Positions 12,251 through 26,321 of a DNA stretch of 64,000 bases are shown here, in pieces. The notes under the pieces are model-generated. The model was not told where the DNA came from and made no database searches. It saw only the letters and a list, made by a program, of their open reading frames with translations. A program made the position numbers and the translations under genes. Positions within the stretch are counted from its first letter, which is position 1. Every line of letters begins with the position of its first letter. Origin of the DNA: Callorhinchus milii (lineage: Eukaryota); contig NW_024704742.1 in assembly GCF_018977255.1 (NCBI RefSeq), forward strand, positions 86,058,001 to 86,122,000, read 5' to 3'.

Positions 12251-13544
12251 TACAACCATTGATGCAATGCTAGACGTGATAGCAGCATCCACCTATTCAT
12301 TGCGCTGACCCGTAATTGGAGGGTTCACCAAACTAGTCTCCTGCCAGCAGTACAGAAAGTATCTAATGAAAGATAGATCTTCTGTTGAGATACACTTCTG
12401 TTTATATGGCCCTGACCGAATCTCCCCATAATGCATTATGGGAGGATGTGCTCCTGGCAGGAGCTATGAGTTTGGCCTGATGTTGGCTGGGATCTGTATT
12501 GCGGTACTTGTGTTTGGAGGAGTGTGATCTGCCCTCACAAAGAGGAAGTGGAGATACTGGAACACAGAGCACTTAGTCATGAGGCTCAATCCTTGCCCCT
12601 GCCCGAGAGGTGATCCTGTCACCTGACTTGCTCAGATGGTTGTGAAGACAAGAATCAGGTCCTCATCGTACATTGATGATTCGGGGACTAGAGAGTTTGG
12701 GTGGAAAAGGCCACCCGTTTTCACCCAAGGTGGATGCTGCAGGGACAACTATTGTTTCCTTGAGGAATGCATTTTTGGCTAATTTGTCTTAAAAATAACT
12801 ATTGAATGAATAAATATGTACCAAAGATAAAAATGGTAACTGAGCATTGTGTTTATTCCTTCAAATCAGAGCTGTAGATGAAGAACATGGGATGGTGATT
12901 CATGTTCATTTTATATTTCCCATCTATACATCTGAGATGAAGTTACAAATGCAATGACACTTTTTGCAGAAGTATAGATACAATGCTGTGTCTATCCTGC
13001 TGGAAGCTCTCCAATGGCAGGTGAGGATCAAGAATCTGGATTTGGATTGCTGCTCCCTATTGCATTGATTTTACATCTGTGTGGGGGTGGGGGGGGTGGG
13101 GGGAGTGTGTGTGGAGGTGCCATTAAAAGGAAATCTAACACCTGATGTCGTGAGCAGAGCACCAAAATCATGTCAATTTGTTTTACTTTATTAAATAGCT
13201 GGTTGCATTGTTATTATGTCATTTTGTTGTTTAGCAAATCAATCGATGTGTTGAAAGTTCCTGGAAAGTTCAACGGAGTTTCATCAGCCCACAGAGGCAA
13301 TCATGTTAGTGCAATTTGCACCTGCTGTGTTTATACTGAGCTGGTGAGAACGATACAGATCCTGATACCTTCACCCCATGTAGGCATATCAGGAGCAGGG
13401 CTCCAGTACAATCTGCACTGGCTGAACCCTGATTGGGAAATTGACGAACGCATATAAATCCTCTCTCCTTATGTCTCTGTATACTGGTCTGCTGGATGCT
13501 TTGGTTATCTCCATTTACAGCCTATTTACAGTTGTCAGCCTTTT

Positions 13545-13770
13545 CAATTCCATTTTCTTTTCAAATCGTGCCATAGGATCTTTAAGATCCACATGAACAG
13601 GCAGACGGGACAGTTTAACGTTTCTTCTGAAGGATAGCAGCTCTAACAATGCAGCGCTCCCACACTTTTGGATTATCAACCTAACTATGAGCTCAAAGGC
13701 TTGATGTAAGGCTCAAAACACAATCTTTATGACTCAGAGTCAAGAGTGCTATTGAGCCAAGCTGTCAACA
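13545..13770 (-). mobile_element. Deu-domain SINE 5' half
   Basis: gtgccataggatctttaagatccac...gactcagagtcaagagtgctattgagccaagctg. Confidence 0.7.
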
Positions 13771-15055
13771 TGATCACTTGATTTAGATTATGACAAATCT
13801 TACAATCCCATTTCTCAGTCTTTTTTTCAATGCTCCTGAATACCCTTACTTCTCAAGTATCTATCTATTGCCCGTTAAACATCCCAGTTGATTCTTCTAG
13901 GGTAACGTTTTCCACTGGAGAGAAGGGGAGCAAATGTGAAGGACAAAGAAACTTCCTTGCAGTAAACAGGTTGAAACTTTATTTTTTATTGGTCAACTGG
14001 ACAAATCGTCATACCCTGATTGTCCATAAATCCAATCACGAAGCTATTTGTTTTGCAGTTCCTCATGCAGTTCATTTCTAATTAGTTTTCCTCGACACAC
14101 ATAAATGTATAACATAAATCTATTACAATTAATTTAAGTAGTGGCCCCGGTGTTCTGCACAGTCAGTTAGACTGTGGCAAAAGCAATTTGAAAAGAATAT
14201 GAAATTATGATTTTGTGGATACATAAAATAAACAAGATTATTTGTACCACTCTGGCCTAGACCATAAGCTCAAAGTTACAGTGTGGGGCTTGAACACAGA
14301 ACCTTTGAATTTACAAGAAGGTTCATTCAACAAAAGTCGTATTACAATGAAAACACATTACATTTCTGTCAAGTGTAGTGACTGTATTTTGTAAATAAAC
14401 ATGACAGCCTATTTCCACAAACTTCCATGAAGTGAGTGACCAATTTATCTGGAGCATTGTTGGCCAGCACAGCAGGAGAAACTGCTTTCAAAAGAAAACA
14501 TTTGTCAGGGAATCAGGGTGCACACCTACACCTGCTTGGGCAGTATCTTATTCATTGCCTTGAGCAGTCAAACACTCTGACGGAAAAGTAAAGACTTACA
14601 ATGGGACTTTGATGTTTTTGATGTGTAAAACATCATTTATGAACAGTTGATATCTTTACAGTTTGTATTTTTGATGGAGATCTCCTTGGCAATATGCCCA
14701 AAATACAGCATGTTTGATTGATTGTTCCAGGAAGCTAAGGACTGGCCATTTCTGGCACACTTTGTGTAAGGATAGATTTTGGATCTGTTCAATTCTATCA
14801 AATTACTACAGAGAAACAATGATATGTCAGAATTATTACTTGTCAGGACCACACCATTTACAGGTGTCAGCCTTGGCTCAGTTATAGCATCCTGGCGCCT
14901 GTGTCAGAACAACAACAACAACAAGATTCCATTTATAAAGCGCCTTTCACGTCAGGAGGACGTCCCAAGGCGCTGTAAGAAGGTTCTGTGTTCAAGCCCC
15001 ACAATGTAACTTTGATGCAAATAATGCAAGGATTATTTGAGTTTATGGTCTAGGC

Positions 15056-16334
15056 CAGAGTGGTCCAACAGGTGGCATGTGGGATGACTGTGGCTCGGAG
15101 GGTGATTTTATCCGGCCCAGGACCATTTCCACTACTCCACCAACTTCCACTTCCTCCCTCCCTGGTGAATGTCCTTCCAGGGCAGCGACAGGAGCCGGCG
15201 GTTGGGAGGACTCAGAGTGGAAAGCCTTTACTGCAGTCTGTCAGGAAGGTAAGTAGGTCTCTTACCAACCACGTCCTTAGCAACCAACCACACCTCTTGC
15301 CACTGCAGATAGTGACTTGCACTTGGGAGAGAGATTGGGAGAGAGAGGGATTGAGACAGGGGGAAGTGGGGGAGAGATGGAGTGGGGGAGAGACAGAGGA
15401 GGGGGAGAGAGAGTGGGGGGTGAGAGGGAGGAGAGAGAGGTGAGGGCGCGAGAGAAAGGAAGGGGAAGAGAGAGAGAGGGAGTGGATAGAGGAGATAGTA
15501 TATGTGTGTGAGAGGTGAGAAAGGGGAGTGAGAAAGAAACTGAGAGAGTGATTGAAAGGAGAGCAGAGAGGGATTGAGAAAGAGTCTGGGAGAGAGAATC
15601 CAGAGAATGAATGTGAGTGAGAGGGGGAGAGAAAGAAACAGAGAGGGGGAAGATTGAGAGAGCGTGATTGAGAGAGAGTTTGAAAGGGGATAGGGAGAGT
15701 GTGTGTGTGGGAGAGCATGTGTGTGAGAGAGAGGAGAGTGGGGGAGAAAGGAGGAAGAGACAGTAATTGAGAAAGAGAGAGTTTGTGTGAGAGAAGGAGA
15801 GACAGAAAATGCCTGAGGGAGGCGGGGAAAGAGAGTGGCCTTTCTGTCCCCCCTTCCCCCTCTTACCCTCCCCCTCTCCTCTTCTCTTTCCCCCTCTTCA
15901 TCCCCCCCACTCCTTTTTCTCTCCCCCCTCTCACGAGCTCTCTCGCCCACCCCCCCTCTATCTCCCCTTCTCTCTCTCTCCCCCCCTCCACTCTCGCCCC
16001 TTCTCTTTCTCCCCCTCTATCTCCCTGATCCCCCCTTTCTCCCCCCTTCTGCAGCGGCAGGAGCCATTGGTTGGTTGCTAAGGACGCAGTTGGTAAAACA
16101 CATACTTGAGTTCCTGACAGACTGCAGTAAAGGCTCTGGGGGCTGAGTCCGCCCAACTGCCGGCTCCTGCCATTGCCCTGGGAGGAAGTTCACTGGGGAA
16201 GGAGGGAGGGAGGAAGTGGGATGGAATGTTGTAAATGGTCTCGGGCCGGATGCGGCCCACGCTGGATGAGGCCTGTGTCCCTTTCTCAAATAGGGAATGC
16301 GGCTCAATGGCAGCCAAAAGGTTGGCCCACCCTG
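15056..16334. mobile_element. Non-autonomous hAT (Charlie-like) fold-back element, ~1.28 kb, inserted in a Deu SINE
   Basis: TIRs CAGAGTGGTCCAAC / GTTGGCCCACCCTG. Left target GTCTAGGC (15048-15055), right copy GT--AGGC. ~200-bp internal inverted arms (15110-15308 vs 16049-16251). The host SINE resumes at ~16341 (tgatgctccagtgcag). Confidence 0.85.
15325..16047. repeat. Low-complexity GA-rich tract followed by CT-rich tract (core of the fold-back element)
   Basis: Polypurine ~15325-15835 switches abruptly to polypyrimidine ~15840-16047. Confidence 0.9.
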
Positions 16335-17884
16335 GTAGGCTGATGCTCCAGTGCAGTGCCGGAGGAGCCCTGCATCGCCTATGGATGAGAGGCCCCAAAA
16401 TTCTTGTCTTATTCAGTCAACTAAATATTTTGGAAGTAATGGAATATGAAAAAAAGTCCTTAAAATATATGCAAAATTCTGTAGGTTTTGATCTTCATTG
16501 AACCATTCCTACTATTTCTTTCTAAACTTTCTAGATCTCCTTTCACGCCCTTTCTACGAACAATGACAGGCATGGAGTGATAAACCAAATTTATCTGGAG
16601 AATTGTTGACCTGGAGACTGGGAGAAACAAACTCCCTTTTCCTTTCGAGTAATCTCAGTACAATTACAGTATAAATGAGGTGAGGTGTTCCAAGCAGGAT
16701 TGAATGTAATGTGAAACTCTGCAACATTTATACATGGATCCTTGCATTGAGGTACCAACATTATTGGATGACTTTCAATTTGGTTACCTCAACCTGGCTT
16801 CCTGTAGCACATTCACAGGGTGAGACCAGACACGTTCTCCCTGCCTCAGTCCTGGGCACTGGGGTGTGAAGTTTTACCATATAGTTCAAAGCAAGACTAT
16901 CACTAACTCGCTGCTGGAGGTTATTGGACTGTTCATGATGGTTGTTGCCATGGTAAAAACTCAACTTTGTCGGGATACTGAAGCTAATGCAGTCTGTGAC
17001 ACATGGATGGCGCTGTAGGGTGCAATATGAAACAAAGAGAGGGGGAAAACAGCTCACAAATGGAATTGGTGAGATTGAAAAGCATGATAGAAAGCCGAAA
17101 AACAAATCTGAGCCCAGTACATTTTATAAAAGGCTAAAGAGGGAAAGATTATCATGTTGATAAGATTGCATCTCTGCTTGGCTTTATTTTTATTTTATTA
17201 CTAGAAATTGTGCATTTCACCCACAAAATATACAGTCAATCCATTTTACAGTATATCCTGTGAAGCACTTTGAGATGTCTAGAAGACGTGATAAGGTGCT
17301 GTATCAAATGTAAGGATTATTTGTTTTATTTTGTCACAAATAGTTGATTTGTAAAAATTACTGTATAAATCAAATTTGGTATCAACCACAAAAATCAACA
17401 ACATCCTTTTGTTTCTTAACCTCTTACTAAATAGTTTTTGAAAAATGTGTTTTTTGCTTGAGAGGTTTTAGCTGTAGGTGCAGCTGAAGGAAGCTGGTTT
17501 AGAGATGAAAGAGTTAGTGAAACTGACAGTGTGAGACTGAATTCACAGAGTGAATTAAGATCAAAAGGGTGAGAGAGTCGCTAACCTGAGGCAGATCAGC
17601 TTAAACTGGAAAGCTACAGGGTGCCCACAAAGTACTGTTACATGTGTACTGAATACAATTAAGTACTTCTAAATACAATTAACATCATTCTGAGGAAAGA
17701 AAAGGGTAACATGATTTTGTAGACTCCCTGTACTTACGGCTCTTTCTTACTGAGGACTCGGCAGTTTTTCCATTTCTCTTTACTTCATCAAGCTGCAGAC
17801 AAAAAAATGCAAAGATTCTATGGGGTCAAAGTTGTGGCATATGATAATATCACCAGTGATAATTATCCCATTGACCAAACAATA

Positions 17885-18192
17885 TGTGGAGACCTGCAGC
17901 TTAGTGGTTACAGCACTCACCTTGCAAGTGAGAGGACCTATGTTTGATTCCCAGGCAGGGCGAAACGTTGGGCAAATTTCCTTACTCCACATAACTCTGT
18001 TTACCTAGCAGTAAGTAAGAACCCGCTTGTTATCGATTGGTGTGATGCTTTTCTGGGGGTAATAATCCCTTTTAAAAAAAATTGGTCACTCAATGCACGA
18101 CTGTTTGTGGGACACTGCTGTGTGCAATTGGCTACCGAATTTCACCCACAAAATATACAGTCAATTCACTTACAGTATTCTGTGAAGCTCTT
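17885..18192 (+). mobile_element. tRNA-derived SINE (Ala-type head), long form, 3' truncated
   Basis: tgtggagacctgcagcttagtggttacagcactcaccttgcaagtgagaggacc...ctctgtttacctagcagtaagtaagaaccc. Confidence 0.85.
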
Positions 18193-18672
18193 TGAGGAGG
18201 GTGTGCGGGTGGGGGGTGGCTAATAAGGTGGGGCTAGAGACAATTATTGATCGATTGATACTGCATTTTTTGGTCCATGTGATAATTTTCACATATAGTA
18301 TCACATGCTGTAACTTGGCTCTTATACATTTCGAACATTATCTCTTCTTGTGGACAAGAACAAAGAGCAAGACCTTACAACAATGGTTTGACTTCACAAG
18401 TGAACAAGTCCTTACCCAATGTCAACCTTGACTACGTAACATACTTAATATTCATTTTTAATATTCATTTTCTGATCAATATCCAATTCCCACAAGATTT
18501 CATTCCCACCTTATTTTGGTCACTTTACTTCTCGTGCCTCTTTCAAGCATGAGAATGGGCCAGATTGTAATTTGGTTCAATTGGTGGCACTTTCACTCCA
18601 AGCTCAGAAGGTTTTAAATTCAAACCCCATGTTGGAACTTGAGCAAAGCTACATCGTCAGAGTTGCTGTCTT

Positions 18673-18990
18673 TAATAATCCCTGCATTTGGTAGAGGACC
18701 TTATCATGTCATTGAATCATCTCAAAACGATTAACAGAATATACCGTAATGTAAATTCACTCTATATTTCCTGGGGCAAACATGGCAGACAACCGCATAT
18801 TGGATTGAATGACCAAATTAGTTTATTTATTTATTTATTGAACGGATTATTATCCTTGGAAAGCATTCCACCAATCGACCGACAACCGGGTTCCTACTTA
18901 CTGTAGGAAACAGAGGCCTGAGGGGAAGGAAACTTTGCAAAGGTTTCGCCCCTTTGGGAATCGAACCTGGGTCTGATCATCTTGCAGATG
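18673..18990 (-). mobile_element. tRNA-derived SINE (Ala-type), diverged
   Basis: Tail aataatccctgcatttgg; core gacaaccgggttcctacttactg; B-box-like gggaatcgaacctggg. Confidence 0.7.
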
Positions 18991-19249
18991 AGATCTTAAA
19001 CCAAGCCCTGCTTATGCAGATGGACATCAAAGAACTCATGACTATTCAAAAGATTTTGGACATGTCTTCTAGAGTCGTGGCCAACAAAGCTCCAAATAAA
19101 TTAGTCATTAACCTCACTGTTTTATTGGACCTTGTGCATTTTAGAATGGTTACCACTGAAGCATTTTGAGATGTTTGACGTATCAATGTTAGAAAAATAT
19201 AATTCTATTCCTCCCTCCCCACCCCCCTCCCCCCTCCCCAAGCAAAACA

Positions 19250-19890
19250 GCAAAAGTCCTTAATGAGACACTACTTCCTGGTGCCTATCCAAAATTGGTC
19301 CTTCACATCCCTCAACCTAGGGTCTGAATATCATGTCTGAAAATATCGTTCTGGTTTATTTTCTCAATTTCATTGTCTATTTTAATTAACTCTATAGGTC
19401 ACCTCCTAGATGCTTCCTCTTAAGGCTAAAGAGCCCCATCTTATTCAATTGCTCATCATAGTTCATCCATTAAATACAGTACTAGAGATCAGTATTGTTT
19501 TTCTCTGGACTGCTTCCAAGGTTTGGCAACCCCCATGTGTCACAGTGACCAGATTTGTACACGATGCTGATGATGCAGCCTGAGCACTGTACTGCTTGAA
19601 CACAACTTCTGGAGATTTTAATTGAACTGATTTGGCAATGGAAGCCTGCCTCCTGTTTACTTTATTTATTGTGGCCTCAGACCATTTTGACATCTGTACT
19701 TTCAACATCCCACTAGCAACCACGGAGCACTGTGCCTTTGTTTTTTTTATTGACAATAGTACAGTACCCTGCATTTTTCTATAGTAAATTTAATTTGGTA
19801 GTGATCAGGCCAGGTGTTTGAGCCTTTCAAGTAACTTTTTGTCAGATCTTCACAGACTCTATTCCCCCTAGCTTGGTGTCATCTGTCAAT
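19250..19890 (-). mobile_element. Old CR1 LINE fragment
   Basis: Degenerate peptide ...INKVNRRQASIAKSVQLKSPEVV...QTLEAVQR; cttggtgtcatctg (ADDTK on minus) at ~19872-19885. Confidence 0.65.
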
Positions 19891-21059
19891 TAAAGAACAT
19901 GACTGGGAAATTCCATAAGCAACATGATTTTGGGCTCATTGGCAAGTCATAACATTTTGTTTCCGCTATCCTGAGGATATCTATCTAGTTTTACTCATCT
20001 GCCATACAGTTTACTTCCAGCTTGCTGCTTTTATTTGAATATAATTTCCATAAAATCAGACCGTCTCATTCCAATTCATAAAGCTTCGAGTCAACCTGTT
20101 GGCTGAATGCCATTTATTGAATTGAAGCATCTGCATTGAACTGGAAACAAATTTAAGGCAATTTCCACAGCATCAATAAATGAGTTGGCATGACTCACAA
20201 ATAGGTGTGCTGTTTTATTTGATACTGAGGAGAAATAGATTGTTAAAATCAGGTTTATAATAGTGAATTCAGCGCAGCATCAGGGAATTCAGAACAATGC
20301 TGGGAATGTCCTACAGAGCAAACAGCAACGTTGAATAAACTCTGAAGCATTATATCGCTTTGTGGTGTGAAATTATCCCAGCTATCTAAAGGAAGGTTAA
20401 CTGCCACTGCACAATCTCAGAGACAATTGTCTACTTACTTAAACGATTTCCACTTTTAATGCAATAGTGCTTTGCCAGGATTTGTTTTCCATGCTACAAT
20501 ATTTACTAATTTGAATTTCAAATACTATTTTCGCACAGTAGGATATTTGCATATTTTAATTTGGTAATCTGCCGATGCACATATCTCAGGCAACAATGAA
20601 ACAGAGAATAAATATAATTTGGTCCAATATACGGAATATAATTAATCACTAATGGGCTATCATAAATGGAAATAGTAGCCTCTTCTTTAACATTCATCAC
20701 CTCTGTTTACCTAGAAGTAAGTAGGAACCCAGTTATTAGTTGATTGGAGAATCGCTTTCTGGGGGAAATTATCCCTCCAAGCTGTGAAGCGCTTTGAGAC
20801 ATCTCAACAGCGTGATAAGGTGCTATTTCAAATGCAAGTATTATTATTATATTTGGTTCCTCATGTAAAATAGCATTTGTGCTGGTAGCTTAATTTAAAA
20901 GTGTAACTTCTGCACTTTTGTTATGGTCAATGTCTTTAAATTGGAAATTGCTTTATTGTTAAATATTTTATGAATTTAGTTATGCATAGAAGGCTAGACT
21001 GAAATAAAGTTGCATAAATATAAATGTCTGCAGCAGAAATTGTTCTGCTCTAGTCATTT

Positions 21060-21445
21060 ATACATTGGTAGGATGCCTCAAAGTGCCTCACAGAATACAC
21101 TGTAGTGACTGTGTTTTGTAGATGAATGTGGCAGCCAATTTGCACGCAGCATTGTTCCACAAACAACCATGAAGGGAATGAACAATTTTATTTTGGAGGA
21201 TTGTTGATCAGGCCACCGGGAAAAACTCTCTTTTGTTTTCAAGTAGTGCCATGGGATCTTTAACCTGAAGAGGTAGATGGGGCCTTGGTTTAATGTTTCA
21301 ACTGAAGGATGACACCTCCTACTTTGCAGTACATCCTCGCACTGCATTGGAGTGTCAGCCTAGATGACAAATTCAAAATTTTATCATGAGGCTTCAACTT
21401 TCTGACTCAGGCGAGAGTGCTACTAACTGAGCTAGGCTGACACAC
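21060..21445 (-). mobile_element. Deu-domain SINE, near full length
   Basis: tagtgccatgggatctttaa core; head ctgactcaggcgagagtgctactaactgagctaggctg. Confidence 0.8.
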
Positions 21446-22305
21446 AATGACTAATGCAATGAAATGTGTTGCTGGTCTTGAATGAAGCATTATTATAATC
21501 TGTGAAGATTGAACTCAAAAGGGGAGGAACACTTCATTGATGAACATCCACAGGAATTAATTTAGTCCCTCTTTATATGAAGTACTATACATAACTCCAT
21601 TCATCTTAGTGATCACAGGAAACCTGTGGTGCCATTGAGATTTATTCTCAAATTGCATGAAATACTCAGCAACAACCAGATAATCCTGTTGAGAAACACA
21701 GTTATGCACGAGGGAAAAGGGAATAGAGGTGTATGGGGAGAGACTGGGAAGTGGGTTTAATAATAATATTAATAATCCTTGCATTTGATATTAACCACAC
21801 TGGCCGGTTCAAATTACCAAAGATTAGGGAATGATCCATGGGTTTTAACATTCAAATTATTTTTTTTGTCTGCAGCCCCTGTATCAGTCACTCTCAACAA
21901 AAATACAAAGAGATAATGAATTCCAACTTCAGTACAATACAGTGTATATCTTCTGCCACCATGTGGCAGTCCCAAGTTTTTTCTCCTTTAATCCCGGATT
22001 ATTGGTGGCAGTAAAGAGATAGGGGGTGAGGCTCACAGTATCAGTAGCTCACTTTGACAATGTGTGCAGATAATAGCAAAATTGATTCAAACTGTGCGAT
22101 GCCTCTTTGATCTAAATTTACCACTCAGCGCCTCAGCTTCTCTGTACCTACACTACAGATATTATTAAGGTTTATTCACTTTATTAATTATACTGTAATA
22201 ATCAATATTCCTTGCATTCAACATTCTGACATTTCATGTCAGGAGGGTGCCAGGATTTACTGTAAAGTGTTGTGACAAACACAGCAGCCAATTGCACACA
22301 GCAAT

Positions 22306-23347
22306 ACAATACAAAATGACTTTGTAAAGCAGCTTTCATGTCGGGAGGACGTCTCAAGGCACTGAACAGTCAGGGATTAGGGATTAGGATTCGAGTGGGT
22401 GGGTGGGAGGGGTGGAATGTGGCCAAAGCACGGTCGAAAAGGAGGGTCTTGAGTCGTGCCTTAAAGGAGGCAAGGGAGGGAACGAGGCAAAGGGATTGTG
22501 GGATGGAGTACCAAAGGGTGGGGGCAGAGAGGCTGAAGGCCCGACTGCCGATGATGGGGCGGGCTGGGCGGGGTACATGGAGCAGGCCTGAGCCAGCTGA
22601 GTGGAGGGAGCAGCAAGGTTGATAAGGGGTTAGCAGGTCAGAGAGTTAGGAAGGGGCAAGGCCATGGAGGGCCTTGAAGGTGAGGGCAAAAATTTGAACT
22701 TGATCCTCTGAGGGATGGGGAGCCAGTAAACTGGGCGAGGGTGGGTGTGATGGGGTCACGGAGCCTGGTTCTGGAGAGGACACAAGCTGCAGATTTCTGA
22801 ATAATCCTGCAGCATGTGGAGGGAAAAGTTGGGAAGGCCAACAAGGGAGTTGGCATAGTCGATCTTAGATGTAATGAAGGCATGTATGAAGGTTTCAGTG
22901 GCCTGAGAGGTGAGGCAGTGGCGAACTCAGGCAATGTTGTGGAGATAGGGGAAGACAGAGTGGATCATAGCACGGATGTGGGGGTGAAAGGACAGTTGAG
23001 GGTCGAACAAGACACCTAGGTTTTTGCCTGGCTCGGTGAGGTGGGAGCCAATCAGGAGAGCCTCGGTTTTGTTGATGTTCAACTGAAGAAAGTTGGCTCT
23101 CATCCAGGACTTGATGTCTGACAGACATTCTGTCAGGACAGCAGTGGTCCTGGAGTCGAGGGTGGAGGCCGAGAGGTAGAGTTGGGTGGCATCCGCACAT
23201 ATGTGGAAGTTGACCCCATGTCTGCGGATGATGTCACCAAGAGGGAGCATATAGAGGTTGAAGAGGAGAGGATCGAGGACAGAGCCTGGAGGAACACTGC
23301 ACGAGATGGCGGAGCTGGAGGCGAAGTCGTTTGTGGAGACAAAGTGG
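22306..23347 (-). mobile_element. L2 LINE 3' ~1.04 kb nested in a Deu SINE (22200-22305 and 23348-23650)
   Basis: SVPPGSVLDPLLFNLYMLPLGDIIRRHGVNFHICADATQLY; apparent TSD AGCAAT at 22300-22305 and 23348-23353; the two SINE halves join. Confidence 0.88.
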
Positions 23348-24147
23348 AGCAATGACCCACAAACAGCCATGAGGAATTTTATCTGGGAGATTGTTGGCCA
23401 AGAAACCATAAGAAACTCCCTTCTCTGTTCAAATAATACCTTGGGATCTTTAACATCCACCTGAATAGGAGGATAAGACCTTAGTTAAACATCTCATCCA
23501 AAGGACAACACCTCCAACAATGTAGTGCTCCCTAGTACTGCATTGGAGTGTCTTAGACAATGTGAGCTCAACGCACCCATGTGGCATTTGAAACTACAGA
23601 CTTCTGACTCGGAGTCAAAAGATCTACCAACTGAGCCACGCTAACAACTGATTAATAAGGATTATTAAATGCTACAAATTAATTGGTCAGTCACCTTAGG
23701 CTACAAGAATGCACAGTGTGTGTCGCTCCAGGAAGATTATACGTACCATTACAGACACAGGGAAATTTCTTTGTGTGGGTGGGATACATATGGCTAAGTA
23801 TCAGTCTGGTTTGCATACTCGTTAGCATGGTTTCCACATGTGTCAAAAGCCCACCTGACCAATAAAACATCTCAATTTAGATCCTGTTTTCAGTCTAGAT
23901 TTCCACATGAAAGTATCTGCCAGCATCCAAACTCAGCAGCATATTTAAATATTCAGTACACTGCCATGAACATAATTGTTTTTTTCAAAATGCAGAATCT
24001 ATATGTCAGAGTGGAGTAAGACTGCAATCATAATAAATAATAATTTTACAAATAAAACACTAGTTAAGCATAATTGTAAAGCATTTTCTCTAGTCATTTC
24101 TATACTGACACTCTCTATACTGGGTGAGGGAGACCTGGCACTATCTA

Positions 24148-24595
24148 TAATAATAATAATATTATTACTTGCATTTAATATAGCGCTTTATCACATCTTT
24201 GAGACGTCTCAAATCACTTCACAGGATATACTGTAAAGTGGATTGACTCTTTTTTGTGGGTGAAATGCAGCAGCAAAATTGCGTGCAGCAATGTCCCACA
24301 AACAGCCATGGAGTGAGTGGAGTGAACAATTTTATCTGGGGAATTGTTGGCCAGGACATGGAAAAAAACCTTTCTTCTCTTTTCAAATAATGCCATGGGA
24401 TCTTTATTGTCCACCTGAACAGGAAGACAGGACCTTGGTTTAACGTTTCATCTGAAGGACACACCTCCAACAATGCAACACTCTCCAGCACTGCATTAGA
24501 GTGTCAGCTTAGACTATGTGATTCCAAGTCTTGATGTGGGGATTGAGCCCACAACCTTCTGACTCAGAGGCTACCACTGAGCCAGGCTGACACCT
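24148..24595 (-). mobile_element. Deu-domain SINE, full length
   Basis: (AAT)n tail, Deu core tgccatgggatcttta, head cacaaccttctgactcagagg...ctgagccaggctgacacc. Confidence 0.88.
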
Positions 24596-26321
24596 TTACT
24601 GGGTGAGAGAGGCCTAGAACTGTGAGGAGACCTATTGCACTTATATTTCTAGGATTCTAGATCTAAATCTATACAGCATCATGGTTTGTTTTTCCCAAAT
24701 ATCTTCTGTTCTTTGTGAGGCTTTGCCACAGTCCGTGGCTTCTCAACCCTGTTTAATTTCCTCCATTCTCTATTAATTTCATGGTTGATCTCTTCATATT
24801 GTTATTATTATAAATTACTTTCTCAGTCTCCATCGATGCCTGTCTATAACTTTTTTGGGTGTGTGTGTTATGCACTCTTTGCCTTATTCATTTTTCTTTC
24901 AATCCTCCCTACCTCCATTTCTTTGCCTCGCTGTTTACATAGAATGTTACAGCACAAAAATAGGCTATTCAGCCCAACTTGTCTGCACTGGCGTTATACT
25001 CCATACAAGACCCTTCACCTCCCATTCCCCTCTCCTATACCCCTGTATTTCATTCTTCCTCATATATGCATTGTTTCCTCTTAAATAAATATTTTTTTTT
25101 CGTTCAACCACAGGTTTCTTATGTATTGACCTCTGAACCAACTTTTCCTTTAAAAATAAACAGGAGACCCACCAGTTACCTAATTGCCCTTTAGCCTATT
25201 GTTTGCACAACAATTTCAAGACAATTGGGAAGGAACCACTTATTTCCTGCAAAACCAATTCTAACCTCTATCTTCATGATAAAGTGCATGAATGAGTCAT
25301 TCCTTAAACTTCAACACGTGTCTTTGAAAAATCAATCTCAAACAAAACACAAACAGTCTCACCCCTCGCCACATAATCTCAGGCACCAGTGCTTTCTTGT
25401 GTGCACAAAAGAACCCCTCAATACAAGAGCCATCTTAGATGTTTCACAATAATAACATATTCACACAGCAATGGAAAGATTCATCCCAGCAGGATTTACA
25501 AACATTACAGTATAAATAAACAGGAGAAGTGAGTGATATGTCAGCTGGAGAAGAACAGATGGCTGAGAGCGGAGGCAAAATTAATCTATTTATCATTCAT
25601 TGTTTTGGAACTACATATTTTTACTTTTAGTTGTCCACTCACCTTATTTTTCCCTCTCATTTGTTCTCTTGCTCATTTGCAAATCGGACCAAAAAACATG
25701 ATATTTAATTGCATGCCTCTATGCCAGTTTCTCTCTGGCATAAAACTGCCAAAAGAATAATTTGGAAGGAGTTTTCTATTAGTACATTGTGTGTTGGTGG
25801 GTTCAGACCTTCAGACAGAGACAAGTTTAACAGCAAACGTATCACCATTGTAATCCATCCTGATGGTTCAGGGGAGCTGAGAGATTTCAGCAGAACTTGG
25901 AGGGGTAGACTGAGATCGGGGATTCTTCCCACTTGGCTTGTGTTAACCCTGCATACCAAGCCCTAATGGGTAACTTGGTCTAACTGGAAAGTAGCAGGAA
26001 CTTGCCAACCTGTGATCTCAATGGTAAACTATGGGTTTTCGCTGGTTTGCATTCCATTCTAGACAAAAGGAAATCTCCATGTTTGGGTGGCATACATATG
26101 TGGAACTCTAAGTTGTTCGGTTTGGATACTCTTAAGCATGATGATGGGTTTCTTTGTGTATTAAACACCCAGTTGGCCAAACTAAAAGAATATTATAACT
26201 CTAATCCAGTGTTTTACTTGATTGCTCTTGTCGACTAGGGAGTATTTGCTTTATATTTTTCCCTGAGGAGTTAGAGGGGCTAAAAGGCCTTTTCTTCTGA
26301 GAGTCTGGTCACAACTACCTG

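Noticed and set aside
15060..16398. Several long ORFs (up to 240 aa) on both strands
   Set aside because: Artefacts of stop-poor GA/CT low-complexity sequence inside the fold-back MITE; no transposase motifs.
16944..16957. RFX X-box-like motif GTTGCCATGGTAAA
   Set aside because: A single imperfect match with no supporting context; could occur by chance in 64 kb.
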